DNA of 64,000 nucleotides, taken from NCBI GenBank assembly GCA_050250855.1, contig JBFWNW010000003.1, positions 128,001 through 192,000 on the forward strand, written 5' to 3'. The position numbers and the translations under genes were made by a program. A model generated the notes under the pieces. The model was not told the origin of the DNA. It did not search any database and was given only the letters and a program-made list of their open reading frames with translations. The DNA comes from Candidatus Babeliales bacterium. Its GTDB lineage: Bacteria; Babelota; Babeliae; Babelales; JACPOV01. Below, in pieces: positions 38,478 to 48,612 of this stretch (positions are counted from its first letter, which is position 1; the number at the start of each line of letters is the position of its first letter).

Positions 38478-39881
38478 CTATTCTTCTAGCACCCGTTTTT
38501 TAAGCTCAGCTTTATCACTAATTCCTTCTTGTACTTGAATGTCGTACGCCTTTTTGAGCAATGCGCCCATACGCGGTCCTGGTTCTGCTACATCCATTAA
38601 ATCGCGCCCTTGGAGTAATGGCTTTTCATCCTGCGTAAGAATTTTTAAATTTTTTGCCTTCTTTAAAAATGCTTGAACATCTTTAAAATTTTTACGCAAA
38701 GGACGTGAACTTTTAGAGTTTCTTCCTCGTTTATCAGCTATTGCTAACTTTGCAAGTTGCTCCATAGTAATATCTGGTGCGAGTGCATGCGCTAATCGCC
38801 GATAAGCGGGTGGCCGTGCGCCATTTTCAATAAATTGCATCGGTTGCATATGATGACGCACTAATTTACTCACCGCAGCAATAAGATCTTTATTATGCGT
38901 AATACGTTTGAGCATTTTTGGTGCTATAATTGCACTTTCACCTTCATGCCCCAAACTTTTAATAACGCCCTTAATTTTTTTAGTCGTCGTAACTTTCCCA
39001 AGATCATGACACAATGCTGCATAGAGCATCATCAGTTTTTCTTTATCATTTTCATACGTAAGCTGCGCGGCCGCATCTAGCGCTTGCATAGAATGCTCAA
39101 AAACATCACCCTCTGGATGCCAACTTTTTTCTTGCTTAACTCCCCGTGTTGCGGCAAGTTCTGGCAATATTTCATCAAGGCGTCCGATTTTTGCAAGCCA
39201 ACGAATACCATCTGATGGATATTTTGATTTAAGCAGTAGCTTTTCAAACTCTGTTTCAATGCGCTCGCGCGAAACATCTTTGATCGACATTTTTTTGCAT
39301 AATGCGGTCAATGTTTTTGCTGGTTTAAAACCAAACCTGCCAATAAATTGCATGACGCGGAAAAAGCGTAAGGGATCTTCTAAAAATAAGGTTGCATCTG
39401 GTGCGCGTAAAATTCCTTTTTTTAAATCTTTCAAACCGTGCCAGGGGTCAACTAATTTTTTTGAGCTCAGATCAATTGCCATAGCGTTGATCGTCAAATC
39501 ACGTCGTGCGCATGCTTTTTTTATGCCCATAAAAGGATCGATTTCCACTTTTGGTTTTCTGCCAGAAGCATCAGTACGCGGCACGGACCAATCAACATCA
39601 AGCTTATGCACGCGCAGAACGCCGTACACTTTGCCTACAGTGCTCACTTTACCAAATTTTTTTAATAATTTTTCTACCTCATTGAGTGCGAGGCCATGCA
39701 GTTCAATATCTAAATCTTTTACCGGCAAACCAAGCAGCAAATCACGCACGGCGCCGCCAACAAGTAATGCTTGGCCACCATGAGCATCAATCTCATGTAC
39801 AATTTTTTTTACTAACGGATATTTTCTGAGTATACTGTCAAGGTTTCTTTGTTGTTCGGCCGTAAGGTTTATAGAATTCAT
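38478..39881 (-). CDS. cca: CCA-adding tRNA nucleotidyltransferase with HD domain
   Basis: VGGAVRD, DLDI, RRDLTINAMA, EDPLR, WHPEGDV, CHDLGK. Confidence 0.88.
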   Translation of the reverse strand: MNSINLTAEQQRNLDSILRKYPLVKKIVHEIDAHGGQALLVGGAVRDLLLGLPVKDLDIELHGLALNEVEKLLKKFGKVSTVGKVYGVLRVHKLDVDWSVPRTDASGRKPKVEIDPFMGIKKACARRDLTINAMAIDLSSKKLVDPWHGLKDLKKGILRAPDATLFLEDPLRFFRVMQFIGRFGFKPAKTLTALCKKMSIKDVSRERIETEFEKLLLKSKYPSDGIRWLAKIGRLDEILPELAATRGVKQEKSWHPEGDVFEHSMQALDAAAQLTYENDKEKLMMLYAALCHDLGKVTTTKKIKGVIKSLGHEGESAIIAPKMLKRITHNKDLIAAVSKLVRHHMQPMQFIENGARPPAYRRLAHALAPDITMEQLAKLAIADKRGRNSKSSRPLRKNFKDVQAFLKKAKNLKILTQDEKPLLQGRDLMDVAEPGPRMGALLKKAYDIQVQEGISDKAELKKRVLEE

Positions 39882-39904
39882 GACATTCCTATCTTTTTAC
39901 AAGG

Positions 39905-40714
39905 ATGTTTATGATACGCATTCTCATGTATCATGCTTTTCTTTTACTATTTTTATCTATTCCCTATCAAGCATGCGCACTTTTTTCTTTTAAAGATATG
40001 GCCAATTGGATGGCGGGCAATAAACAAGAAACATTGCATAAAGAGTTTTCTTGTCCCCATGAATGCACCTTAAGTGTAGAAAATCATTATGGATCAATAT
40101 ACATTAAAAGTTGGGCACTTTCAAAAATTATGCTCCAAGCAACCAAAACGGCAAAAGATAAAGATCTTGATTGCGTGCCCTTTGAGACTGAAGTAACCAA
40201 AGATACGATTAGCATCACCACACAGCTTGATGCCAAAAAAACAAAACAAGCTCTTGATTATTATATTATGGTACCGGAACATGTTTGCTTAAAATTAGCA
40301 ACTAAACAGGGAACTATTAAAGTAAAAAATGTACCGACAAGCATTCATGCAAAAGTACACAGCGGCTCAATAGAAATTCATGATGCACGCGGCAATCTGT
40401 TTTTAAAAAATGAAAATGGCACCATTGTGGTAAGCATGCGCGAACTGCCAGCAACAACCCATCTAATGCTGGAAGCACATGGTGCACTGACGCTCTCGCT
40501 GCCCCTTGGCGCCAATGCGGACATTAGCGCAAAAGCAACCAATGGCACTATAACGTCTGACCATTATGTGACGTTCAAACCGTTCACCACGAAATTAAAT
40601 CAGCAAGCATGGTCTGCCTTTAAACGGGATATTAATGCGTATATAGGAAAAGATGGTGGCGCAGAGATAAAACTACTGGCCACCAATGGACATATTAAGA
40701 TACTTGAATATTGA
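39905..40714 (+). CDS. DUF4097-like beta-strand-repeat exported protein
   Basis: Repeated N/T..G.I units (NHYGSI, TKQGTI, NENGTI, ATNGTI, ATNGHI). Confidence 0.75.
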   Translation: MFMIRILMYHAFLLLFLSIPYQACALFSFKDMANWMAGNKQETLHKEFSCPHECTLSVENHYGSIYIKSWALSKIMLQATKTAKDKDLDCVPFETEVTKDTISITTQLDAKKTKQALDYYIMVPEHVCLKLATKQGTIKVKNVPTSIHAKVHSGSIEIHDARGNLFLKNENGTIVVSMRELPATTHLMLEAHGALTLSLPLGANADISAKATNGTITSDHYVTFKPFTTKLNQQAWSAFKRDINAYIGKDGGAEIKLLATNGHIKILEY

Positions 40715-40723
40715 GGTAGTCTA

Positions 40724-41440
40724 TCAATGAAACAACAGTGGAACAATAGTATTATGAGCCATATGAGAAATAACCGGTACTAAAGAAAGATTTGTGGTGC
40801 TTCTCAATGTACGGTGACGCAGGAAATTACGCACCCCGCTACCAATAGATAAAGGTAATGGATAACATGAATGGACACTAGCAAAAAGAATTGGCATTAA
40901 ATAGTTACTCAATCTAGGCATTATCGTAGATGGAGAATAGGTATACAAAAGTTCTTCAAATATTGGAGCAACTAGTATCGCACCTACCCAAGGTACTTTT
41001 TCTTGTGGAAAGCTTTTAGGGGTAAAAAGCAAATAATAAACTTTTGAAATTATCACGTTTTGAATAATTCCATAAAGAGTTACTCTTAATCCAGCATAGA
41101 GATTTTTTTTAAATGAAAATTGATCAACATTATCATGAAAATGGAAAACTCCTTTTTCATCTTTATAAAAACATGGGCTACCATTATTAAACTCACTAAG
41201 ACCTAAATCTGATTTAATAGTTTGAATAATAGTACGAAAAAAGCCATCCTTCTTTGGTGCTTCATGTTTTTCAGGGCTGCAAGAAGGATTCTGCTTTTCA
41301 GCATGCTCTAAGCCTTGCTTGGCAAGAGCAGAGAGATTATTTTTATAGTTCTGCCATGAAAGATCTTGCTCTGAACTGGCCGGCTGCCAACCCAAAAACA
41401 AAACTATACATACTGCTATTTTTATTACATTCTTATTCAT
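40724..41440 (-). CDS. Exported protein with a CPBP/Abi-like intramembrane protease domain
   Basis: APIFEELLY, LFASVH, SHMAHN. Confidence 0.6.
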   Translation of the reverse strand: MNKNVIKIAVCIVLFLGWQPASSEQDLSWQNYKNNLSALAKQGLEHAEKQNPSCSPEKHEAPKKDGFFRTIIQTIKSDLGLSEFNNGSPCFYKDEKGVFHFHDNVDQFSFKKNLYAGLRVTLYGIIQNVIISKVYYLLFTPKSFPQEKVPWVGAILVAPIFEELLYTYSPSTIMPRLSNYLMPILFASVHSCYPLPLSIGSGVRNFLRHRTLRSTTNLSLVPVISHMAHNTIVPLLFH

Positions 41441-41634
41441 AAAAACCTATAATATTTTAAAAGCTTTAATAATAACGACCCAGAGCACCAATTAGTCTTA
41501 ACTAATATGCCAGAAAACCATCTTTATGTACAGATACAAAACAGCCAAAATACCCATATCTCTATTGACTTTTTATGGATTTATGGCAAATTGGAAATAT
41601 ATAGCATCATGAACCCAAAATAGAGAAAACACTT

Positions 41635-42552
41635 ATGACCCTTAAAAAGATAACTTTAGCCGCATTACTTGCCGCATACACCTGCCTGCCTCTACAGGCA
41701 ATGGAAATCGATCCGTTTAAAAAGACTGGGATCCCTACTATGGATCAGCACAGCACCCTTGTTAAATTATATGCTGCTGGGATACAAAAATTTGTTAATA
41801 GTTCAGTTGGAAAAACAGTTATGCCGTGGTATAGACAAAAATCTATTGATCTCTTAAAAAATAATCTTTTTTATGACCCCTCATCATATTTCGACGCAAG
41901 CCCAGAAATTCAACAGTTGGGTAAAGAAGCTCAAGAAAAATTAGAAATACCACAAGAACAGCAAGTTCCTATAAAACTTATGGCTATGAAAGTAAATATA
42001 GCAGCAGGATATACTCTCCCTACAGGGATATTTATCGGGCCTCCTAGCAAGAGAGCTCGGGATAAATTAATCTTACTACATGAATCAGCGCATAAAAAAT
42101 ATTATGATTGCGAAATACATTCTATAGAAGAATTATTAAACCTTATTACAAGCTCTTCTCTAGCTTATTTTTGCACAAAGACTCTAAAAAATTTTAAATT
42201 GACAAATAATTCTCTTTCTAAAAAATTTTTAGGCATAACTTCATTTCTAGGATCCTTGAAACTATTAGGAATTGGTATAGATAATAGTAGTAAATTTCGA
42301 GAATCTCGTGCCGACTTTACAGCGTTCCATGCCCTTGGTTGCCATAAGTGTGTAAGTGAATATTCTGAATTTAGGCCCACTCAAGATTCTGATAGGGGTA
42401 AAGAACTGAGAAGAGAAGGTTACTTTCCAAAAAACGATCTGGAAATCATTTCGGAAAAATTTCGTAAAGAAAATAGAGTTTGTGATTATCATGTTCAGCA
42501 GCAACAAAATATTTTCCAAAAAGCATGGCGAAATTTAAGGAACATCTTATGA
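41635..42552 (+). CDS. Secreted HExxH (M48-like) protein, paralog 1 (type A)
   Basis: LHESAH, ESRAD, CHKC, CDYH. Confidence 0.78.
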   Translation: MTLKKITLAALLAAYTCLPLQAMEIDPFKKTGIPTMDQHSTLVKLYAAGIQKFVNSSVGKTVMPWYRQKSIDLLKNNLFYDPSSYFDASPEIQQLGKEAQEKLEIPQEQQVPIKLMAMKVNIAAGYTLPTGIFIGPPSKRARDKLILLHESAHKKYYDCEIHSIEELLNLITSSSLAYFCTKTLKNFKLTNNSLSKKFLGITSFLGSLKLLGIGIDNSSKFRESRADFTAFHALGCHKCVSEYSEFRPTQDSDRGKELRREGYFPKNDLEIISEKFRKENRVCDYHVQQQQNIFQKAWRNLRNIL

Positions 42553-43490
42553 CCCTTAAAAAGATAACTTTAGCTGCATTACTTGCCGCATACAGTTGCG
42601 GCCTGCCTTTACAGGCGATGGAAATCAATCCGTTTAAAAAGACGGGCATTCCTACCATGGACCAGCACGGCACCCTTGTTAAAGTATGGGAAACAGGAAT
42701 TCAAAAAGTTATTCAGCATAATAGCTTTATACGCGAAACTTTTTTGCCCGGAATACGTAAAAAGCATAATGGGAACTGGGACCCTGCATGGCTCTCGGAT
42801 GCAAATCCTGAAATACAACAACTAGGCAAAGAGGCGCAAGAAAAATTAGAAATACCTCTGGAACAGCAAGTTCCCATAAAGCTTATGTATGGCAATCGTG
42901 CAGCTGGATACACTACCTCTATGGGAATATTTGTCCAAGATTTTAATAACAGGTCTATAAATAGATTTGTCTTATTTCATGAGGCTGCGCATAGAAAATA
43001 TTGGGATGACAAACATGAGCTGCATTTTGCATCAACAGATACAGATAGTTTATTAGGAGCAACAGGAAATTTTTTCTTAGCAAGTTCATTAACCTACCTA
43101 TTAATCTCAAACGAGTTTAAAAGTATTGCAAAATATTTTGCACTTCCTCAAACGAAATTTTCAGCTATTGCAAAAATAAGCTCTTCAGTAGGATACTTAC
43201 TAGCATTTAAAGCTTGGAGAGATTATATAAATAATGAATATCCTAGTAAAAGAGATGCCTTTGTAGAATCTCGTGCCGATTATACAGCATTCCATGCTCT
43301 TGATTGTCATAAATGTATCAGTGAGAGTTCTGAATTAAGTGCTAGCCAAGATTCTGATAGAGGTAAAAAACATCGCGAACGAGGTTATTTTCTAAAAGAG
43401 GATATGGAAATCATTGCGGAAAAATTCCGTAAGGAAAATAAAATTTGTGATTATCATGCTCAGCAAAAAAATATTACACAGAATTTGTAA
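42549..43490 (+). CDS. Secreted HExxH (M48-like) protein, paralog 2 (type B)
   Basis: FHEAAH, ESRAD, CHKC, CDYH; start set at 42549 by paralogy. Confidence 0.78.
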   Translation: MTLKKITLAALLAAYSCGLPLQAMEINPFKKTGIPTMDQHGTLVKVWETGIQKVIQHNSFIRETFLPGIRKKHNGNWDPAWLSDANPEIQQLGKEAQEKLEIPLEQQVPIKLMYGNRAAGYTTSMGIFVQDFNNRSINRFVLFHEAAHRKYWDDKHELHFASTDTDSLLGATGNFFLASSLTYLLISNEFKSIAKYFALPQTKFSAIAKISSSVGYLLAFKAWRDYINNEYPSKRDAFVESRADYTAFHALDCHKCISESSELSASQDSDRGKKHRERGYFLKEDMEIIAEKFRKENKICDYHAQQKNITQNL

Positions 43491-43510
43491 ATAAAATAGA
43501 GAAAACACTT

Positions 43511-44389
43511 ATGAACCTTAAAAAAATAACCCTAACCGCATTACTTGCAGCATACAGTTGCGGCCTGCCTTTACAGGCAATGGAAATTGATCCCTTTAAA
43601 AAGACTGGCATCCCGACCATGGATCAGCACAGCACCCTTGTTAAATTATATGCAACTGGCATACAAAAATTTATTAATAGTTCAATTGGAAAAACAGTTA
43701 TGCCGTGGTATAGAAACATAAATGCTGCTCTATACAATATCTTTGATAATTCAGCGTCATATAAGGATGCAAGTCCAGAGGTTCAACAACTGGGAAAAGA
43801 AGCACAAGAGAAACTTGGCATACCCCCAGAACAACAAGTCCCTATAAAACTTAGTGGCAGCTTTTTATCAAATTATAATTCTTCTGCAGGAATATTTATC
43901 GGAGATAACTCCAATAACCCAACAAATAGATGGATTCTATTTCATGAAGCGGCACACAGAAAATATTGGGATCCAGATATAGGATTACCAGAAGTTATTC
44001 TCAGCTTTCCTTTAACTTATTTCATTGGTACTAGCATTCCAAAAATCTTACAGGGATTAGGGCTTATAAATGAATGTAGTGAAGGAATTATCGCCTATTC
44101 AATTCTTGCATCATTTGGAATGTTTTCCTATTTTTTAACAAAACATCAAGCCTTTCGTGAATCTCGTGCTGAGTATACAACTTTACATGCTCTTGATTGC
44201 TATGTATGCCCGACAGAAAGCTCTATATTACAATCTAGCCAAGATTCTGAGAGAGGCAAAGAAGAAAGAAAACTAGGTTATTTTTGTACGGAAGATGTAC
44301 AAAAAGTAACAGATGAGTTGCGCAAAAAAAATAGATTATGTGCTTATCATGCTCAACAGCAACAAAATATTATCCAAAAAGCATGGTAA
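43511..44389 (+). CDS. Secreted HExxH (M48-like) protein, paralog 3 (type A)
   Basis: FHEAAH, ESRAE, CYVC, CAYH. Confidence 0.78.
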   Translation: MNLKKITLTALLAAYSCGLPLQAMEIDPFKKTGIPTMDQHSTLVKLYATGIQKFINSSIGKTVMPWYRNINAALYNIFDNSASYKDASPEVQQLGKEAQEKLGIPPEQQVPIKLSGSFLSNYNSSAGIFIGDNSNNPTNRWILFHEAAHRKYWDPDIGLPEVILSFPLTYFIGTSIPKILQGLGLINECSEGIIAYSILASFGMFSYFLTKHQAFRESRAEYTTLHALDCYVCPTESSILQSSQDSERGKEERKLGYFCTEDVQKVTDELRKKNRLCAYHAQQQQNIIQKAW

Positions 44390-44406
44390 AACTTGAGGAA
44401 CCTCTT

Positions 44407-45378
44407 ATGAACCTTAAAAAGATAACTTTAGCAGCATTACTTGCCGCATACAGCTGCGGCCTACCTCTACAGGCGATGGAAATCAATCCCTTTAAAAAGA
44501 CGGGCATTCCTACCATGGACCAGCACGGCACCCTTGTTAAAGTATGGGAAACAGGGATTCAAAAAGTTATTCAACATAATAGTTTTGTACGCGAAACGCT
44601 TCTGCCCAGAATACGTAAAGAAAATATCAATCACTTAAAGGGTAATGAATTTGAAGACCCTGCATTGCACTTTGATGCAAGTCCTGAAATGCAACAACTA
44701 GGCAAAGAGGCGCAAGAAAAACTAGGCATAACACTAGAACAACAAGTTCCTATAAAAATTATGAAAAATGATGACCCTTTTGATGTTCTGGCCAAGCATA
44801 ACTCGGCAGGAATATTTATAAAAAATTATAGTACAAAAGATGATTTGAATCAGGAGCTTAAAAAATCTTTAGATAAGCATGTATTATTTCATGAGTCAGC
44901 ACACAGAAAATATTGGGATTCAGAGCTAGGAACGGAATTTTCACTGTTTCTAGCAGGATACCTTCCCATAGCTCTTTCTTCTTTTTATTTAGGATATTCA
45001 AAACGAGTTAAAAATACCATTGAACAATACATACCTGATCAAAATCCAGGAGATATACAATTTTTGGGAACATGTTCTTATCTTATTTCAATAGGATTGG
45101 CGTGGGCTTACTATGCATTTATTAAATATCCTCAACAAAAAAGTGCTTTCATTGAATCTCGTGCCGATTATACCGCTTTACATGCCCTTGATTGCCACAT
45201 TTGCGTAATAAATTGTTCTCAATTGTGGATGAGCCAAGATTCTGATGGGGGCAAAGAAAGAAAAAAATTAGGTTATTTTCCAAAAGAAGATATCGAAATC
45301 ATTGCAGAAAAACTCTATAAGAAAAATAGAATCTGTGATTATCATGCTCAGCAAAAAAATATTACACAAAATTTATAA
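44407..45378 (+). CDS. Secreted HExxH (M48-like) protein, paralog 4 (type B)
   Basis: FHESAH, ESRAD, CHIC, CDYH; start set at 44407 by paralogy. Confidence 0.78.
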   Translation: MNLKKITLAALLAAYSCGLPLQAMEINPFKKTGIPTMDQHGTLVKVWETGIQKVIQHNSFVRETLLPRIRKENINHLKGNEFEDPALHFDASPEMQQLGKEAQEKLGITLEQQVPIKIMKNDDPFDVLAKHNSAGIFIKNYSTKDDLNQELKKSLDKHVLFHESAHRKYWDSELGTEFSLFLAGYLPIALSSFYLGYSKRVKNTIEQYIPDQNPGDIQFLGTCSYLISIGLAWAYYAFIKYPQQKSAFIESRADYTALHALDCHICVINCSQLWMSQDSDGGKERKKLGYFPKEDIEIIAEKLYKKNRICDYHAQQKNITQNL

Positions 45379-45478
45379 GATACCTAAAACTTTTTGCTTA
45401 TTGTTTTATTTTTCATCTTTTGCATATTTTTGCTAGACTAAAATTTATATACACTAAAAATTTTATAGGTAAAAAAGT

Positions 45479-47236
45479 ATGAAGAAATCTCTTATATCCC
45501 TTAGTATCCTCTTTTTCTCTCTTACTTGTCTGCATGCAGCAACCGTTGATCTTAAACTTAATAAAATCGATGAAAAAACTTATAAAGCGGAAGTCAGCTT
45601 TGCACTCCAAGATGGCGAGCTCCTGTATCAACACGTTACTGATTTTTCTGTAGATAGTCCTTATGTCGCTCTAGGACCGGTCAACGCACACAAAAGCCCG
45701 CTTAATAAATATGACCCTATCAGTAAAGAAACGCGTTTGATTTTTGAGCATGACGTTACTTATAGCATGGATCTTGCCAATAAAAAAGAAGGCTCCAATC
45801 CTGCACGGTTTTACGTTACGTATCAAACAAACCAACAAACAGTTCCTGATTATAAAATTTTTGAACTCCCATTTTCTGTAAAAGCAGCAGAAGAAACAAC
45901 TTTAACTAAACCTGAAAAAGCTGCTGAACAAAAAACTGTTCATACGGCAAAGCAACAATCATGGCTTAATATTCATGCATGGTCTTCATTACTTTCTTCC
46001 GTTATTGAACAAAGTAAATCATTGCCAATTCGTTTAGCATTAGTATTCTTGCTTGGCTTATTGCTCAGCTTAACGCCCTGCATTTATCCTATGATTCCGA
46101 TCACCGTTGGCATTTTACAAACACAACAAAAAAAATCAGTATTTCATAATTTTTTAAATGCTTTTGCTTACACTATAGGAATTTCTACTACGTTTGCTTG
46201 CCTTGGTCTCTTGGCAAGTTTTAGTGGCCCCATTTACGGCAAACTGCTCATGAGCCCTATTTCTGTAGGGATATTAGTTATAATGCTTGGGTATTTAGGA
46301 TTATCTATGTTTGGACTTTATGATATTCAAGTGCCACAATTTTTGCGTACTCAAAAAACAATGCCGACGGGTGCTTCTTATATTTCATCATTTTTATTTG
46401 GTGCTGCAAGCGGTACCATTGCTTCACCGTGCGTATCACCAGGACTTATTTTATTGCTCAGTATTGTTGCTGGCCTTGGCAGTGTTTTTCTTGGGTTTCT
46501 CTTGCTCTTTGCTTTTGGCGTAGGATTAAGTATGCCGTTATTGCTTATTGGCACTTTTTCAACATCACTGAATATACTACCCCGCGCAGGACTGTGGATG
46601 GTGGAAGTAAAAAAGATTTTTGGCATCATGCTCTTTGCCGTCTGCTTTTATTATTTGCATAATATTATGGCATTAACAACGCTCATGTATTTGATAAGTA
46701 TATTTTTAATGGCCCTTGGTACTTATTTTCTGGTAACAAGTCATAAAACAACTTCTTACGGCATTAAGCGCTATCATACGCTTATGGGATTTGTTTTGAT
46801 ATGCGCGTCACTTCTTTGCCTTGGTTATACCCTGCAGCATGCTTATTTAGTAGTGCCAGAAGAAAAACATGCTACTAATTTTTGGAACACCAATTATCAA
46901 GAAGCACGTCAAAAAGCAATCAATGAACACAAGTTATTATTCTTAGATTTTTGGGCAGAATATTGCAGCTTATGCAAAGCAATTAATAAAAAATTAATCT
47001 CTCAAGAAGGTATTAAAAAAGCTCTTCAAAAAACAGTACCAGTCAATATTAATGGTACTGATGAACAGCAAGAACCCTACAAAACGTTGCATACAAAGTT
47101 TTCTATTAAAGGCTTTCCGACCTATTTACTCGTTGATCCAACTAATGAGCTTGTGCTCAAAGAATGGCACAGTGAGTTGTATCACATGGATGAAGAAACT
47201 TTTGTTCAGGAATTAGAGCTGTATACTAAACGATAA
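45479..47236 (+). CDS. dsbD: Thiol:disulfide interchange protein DsbD-like
   Basis: LTPCIYPMIPI, ASPCVSP, LPRAG.WM, thioredoxin motif WAEYCSLC. Confidence 0.9.
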   Translation: MKKSLISLSILFFSLTCLHAATVDLKLNKIDEKTYKAEVSFALQDGELLYQHVTDFSVDSPYVALGPVNAHKSPLNKYDPISKETRLIFEHDVTYSMDLANKKEGSNPARFYVTYQTNQQTVPDYKIFELPFSVKAAEETTLTKPEKAAEQKTVHTAKQQSWLNIHAWSSLLSSVIEQSKSLPIRLALVFLLGLLLSLTPCIYPMIPITVGILQTQQKKSVFHNFLNAFAYTIGISTTFACLGLLASFSGPIYGKLLMSPISVGILVIMLGYLGLSMFGLYDIQVPQFLRTQKTMPTGASYISSFLFGAASGTIASPCVSPGLILLLSIVAGLGSVFLGFLLLFAFGVGLSMPLLLIGTFSTSLNILPRAGLWMVEVKKIFGIMLFAVCFYYLHNIMALTTLMYLISIFLMALGTYFLVTSHKTTSYGIKRYHTLMGFVLICASLLCLGYTLQHAYLVVPEEKHATNFWNTNYQEARQKAINEHKLLFLDFWAEYCSLCKAINKKLISQEGIKKALQKTVPVNINGTDEQQEPYKTLHTKFSIKGFPTYLLVDPTNELVLKEWHSELYHMDEETFVQELELYTKR

Positions 47237-47300
47237 AATTTAAAATTATACTATTTACTTTTAGTAAATTTGCACATTTAAAATACAGAACTTAGTTTAT

Positions 47301-47377
47301 CCCGTTCGTGGTGAGGAGCAAACTTGTTTAGTTTGCGTTCCTGTCCTGAGCTCGACGAAGGGTCGAACCATAACGAC
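47301..47377 (+). repeat. REP-like hairpin repeat, copy D, with a nested CCTGAGCTCGACGAAGG module
   Basis: CCCGTTCGTGGTGAG-GAGCAAACTTGTTTAGTTTGCGTT-[CCTGTCCTGAGCTCGACGAAGGG]-TCGAACCAT. Confidence 0.78.
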
Positions 47378-47420
47378 AAATTTCCTAAAAAAGATAAAAC
47401 CATAAATCTTACTTTAATTT

Positions 47421-47474
47421 TGAGTTCGAATGGTTCGAGACGTTTTTCTTCGAAAAACCCTCACCACGAACGGA
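47421..47474 (-). repeat. REP-like hairpin repeat, copy E
   Basis: Reverse complement: TCCGTTCGTGGTGAG-GGTTTTTCGAAGAAAAACGTC-TCGAACCATTCGAAC; near-identical to copy B. Confidence 0.8.
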
Positions 47475-47559
47475 ATATAGGATTTTAAGTATATACCTCT
47501 TAAGCCAATTTTGACTTAAAAATTAGCCTTTTGCAACGCAAATTGTATCGAAGGGTAGT

Positions 47560-47898
47560 TTACGCACCGTGATACGAGGTATCTTTTCTCTCTTTCTCTT
47601 CTAGTTCTTTGCGTTTGGTAATAATTTGACGGTACATAGTATCAATAACGCGGTCAAGTACGTCATAAAAATCTGGCCCCTCGTAATCTGAGTTTAAATA
47701 ATAACGAGGTGTTTTAACTAAAATATGCACTTTGTGATGCGCATGAATTTTTGAAGGGTCAAGAAAAATTTCAAGATAAATAGGTTCACGTTCATGCTCA
47801 AGAATTTTTTCAATTTTTTTAATCTGTTGGTTAATATAATCTTCCATTACTTGCGAGTGATCCATACCACGAAAGGTAATTTTTTTTTCCATAATCAT
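47560..47898 (-). CDS. hpf: Ribosome hibernation factor HPF/RaiA (short form)
   Basis: ITFRGMD.S..MEDYI..KI.K, DFY..LD...D.M.RQ. Confidence 0.82.
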   Translation of the reverse strand: MIMEKKITFRGMDHSQVMEDYINQQIKKIEKILEHEREPIYLEIFLDPSKIHAHHKVHILVKTPRYYLNSDYEGPDFYDVLDRVIDTMYRQIITKRKELEEKERKDTSYHGA

Positions 47899-48033
47899 AG
47901 TTCCTTTTTTTATATTTTTAACACCATAACTTTAGCAAAATCTCTGCTCCCCTGCAATAAACATTAAAGCCATTTGCATAATAACCAATCTTTTATGTAT
48001 GCTTGGCATAAATAATTAAAAAAAGGAGCTCGT

Positions 48034-48612
48034 ATGAAAAAAATAATATCTTCCTTACTACTTCTAGCTACAGCAAATATATATGCTATCATGTTTGATG
48101 CTGAAACTGAAAAAAAAATGAAAAAAGGCAACGAACTTTTTTATTTTGAGTGCGTTGCATGCGAACAGCTCCTTGATGAAACATTTCCTCTCACGACTAT
48201 TGCTAAAGCAACAAAAGATAAATTTGATGCATTAAGACCAGGAACTATTCTCTATGCAGCGAGTTTTGAACAATCTCGTACCATAGCAACAGAACTTCTT
48301 GATATCATAGAAAATCAAACAGATTATCAAGAAGCCTTGCAGCAAGCACAAGCATTTGATACCAGTGAAGCATGGAGCATTGTGCACGCTATTGTCTATA
48401 AAAAAGCACGAGAACTCATTCAAGAAAAAAGCGACCTTGTTTTTCCATCACTCTTAAAAGATTACACTGATATGAAGTTAAAGCTTCGTGAATTTGCACA
48501 AGCAAATAAAACCATTGATCCTAAAAAGAATGGGCCTTATTTGGAAGCGCTTTCCTTTGTTATCTATCATATTGAATATATAAAAAAGGAATCACAAACG
48601 GTTGAAGATTAA
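48034..48612 (+). CDS. Hypothetical secreted helical protein
   Basis: AAGGAG RBS and signal peptide. Confidence 0.65.
   Translation: MKKIISSLLLLATANIYAIMFDAETEKKMKKGNELFYFECVACEQLLDETFPLTTIAKATKDKFDALRPGTILYAASFEQSRTIATELLDIIENQTDYQEALQQAQAFDTSEAWSIVHAIVYKKARELIQEKSDLVFPSLLKDYTDMKLKLREFAQANKTIDPKKNGPYLEALSFVIYHIEYIKKESQTVED

Noticed and set aside
41635..45378. Diversity-generating retroelement as the cause of array variability
   Set aside because: No reverse transcriptase, no template repeat, and differences are not adenine-specific
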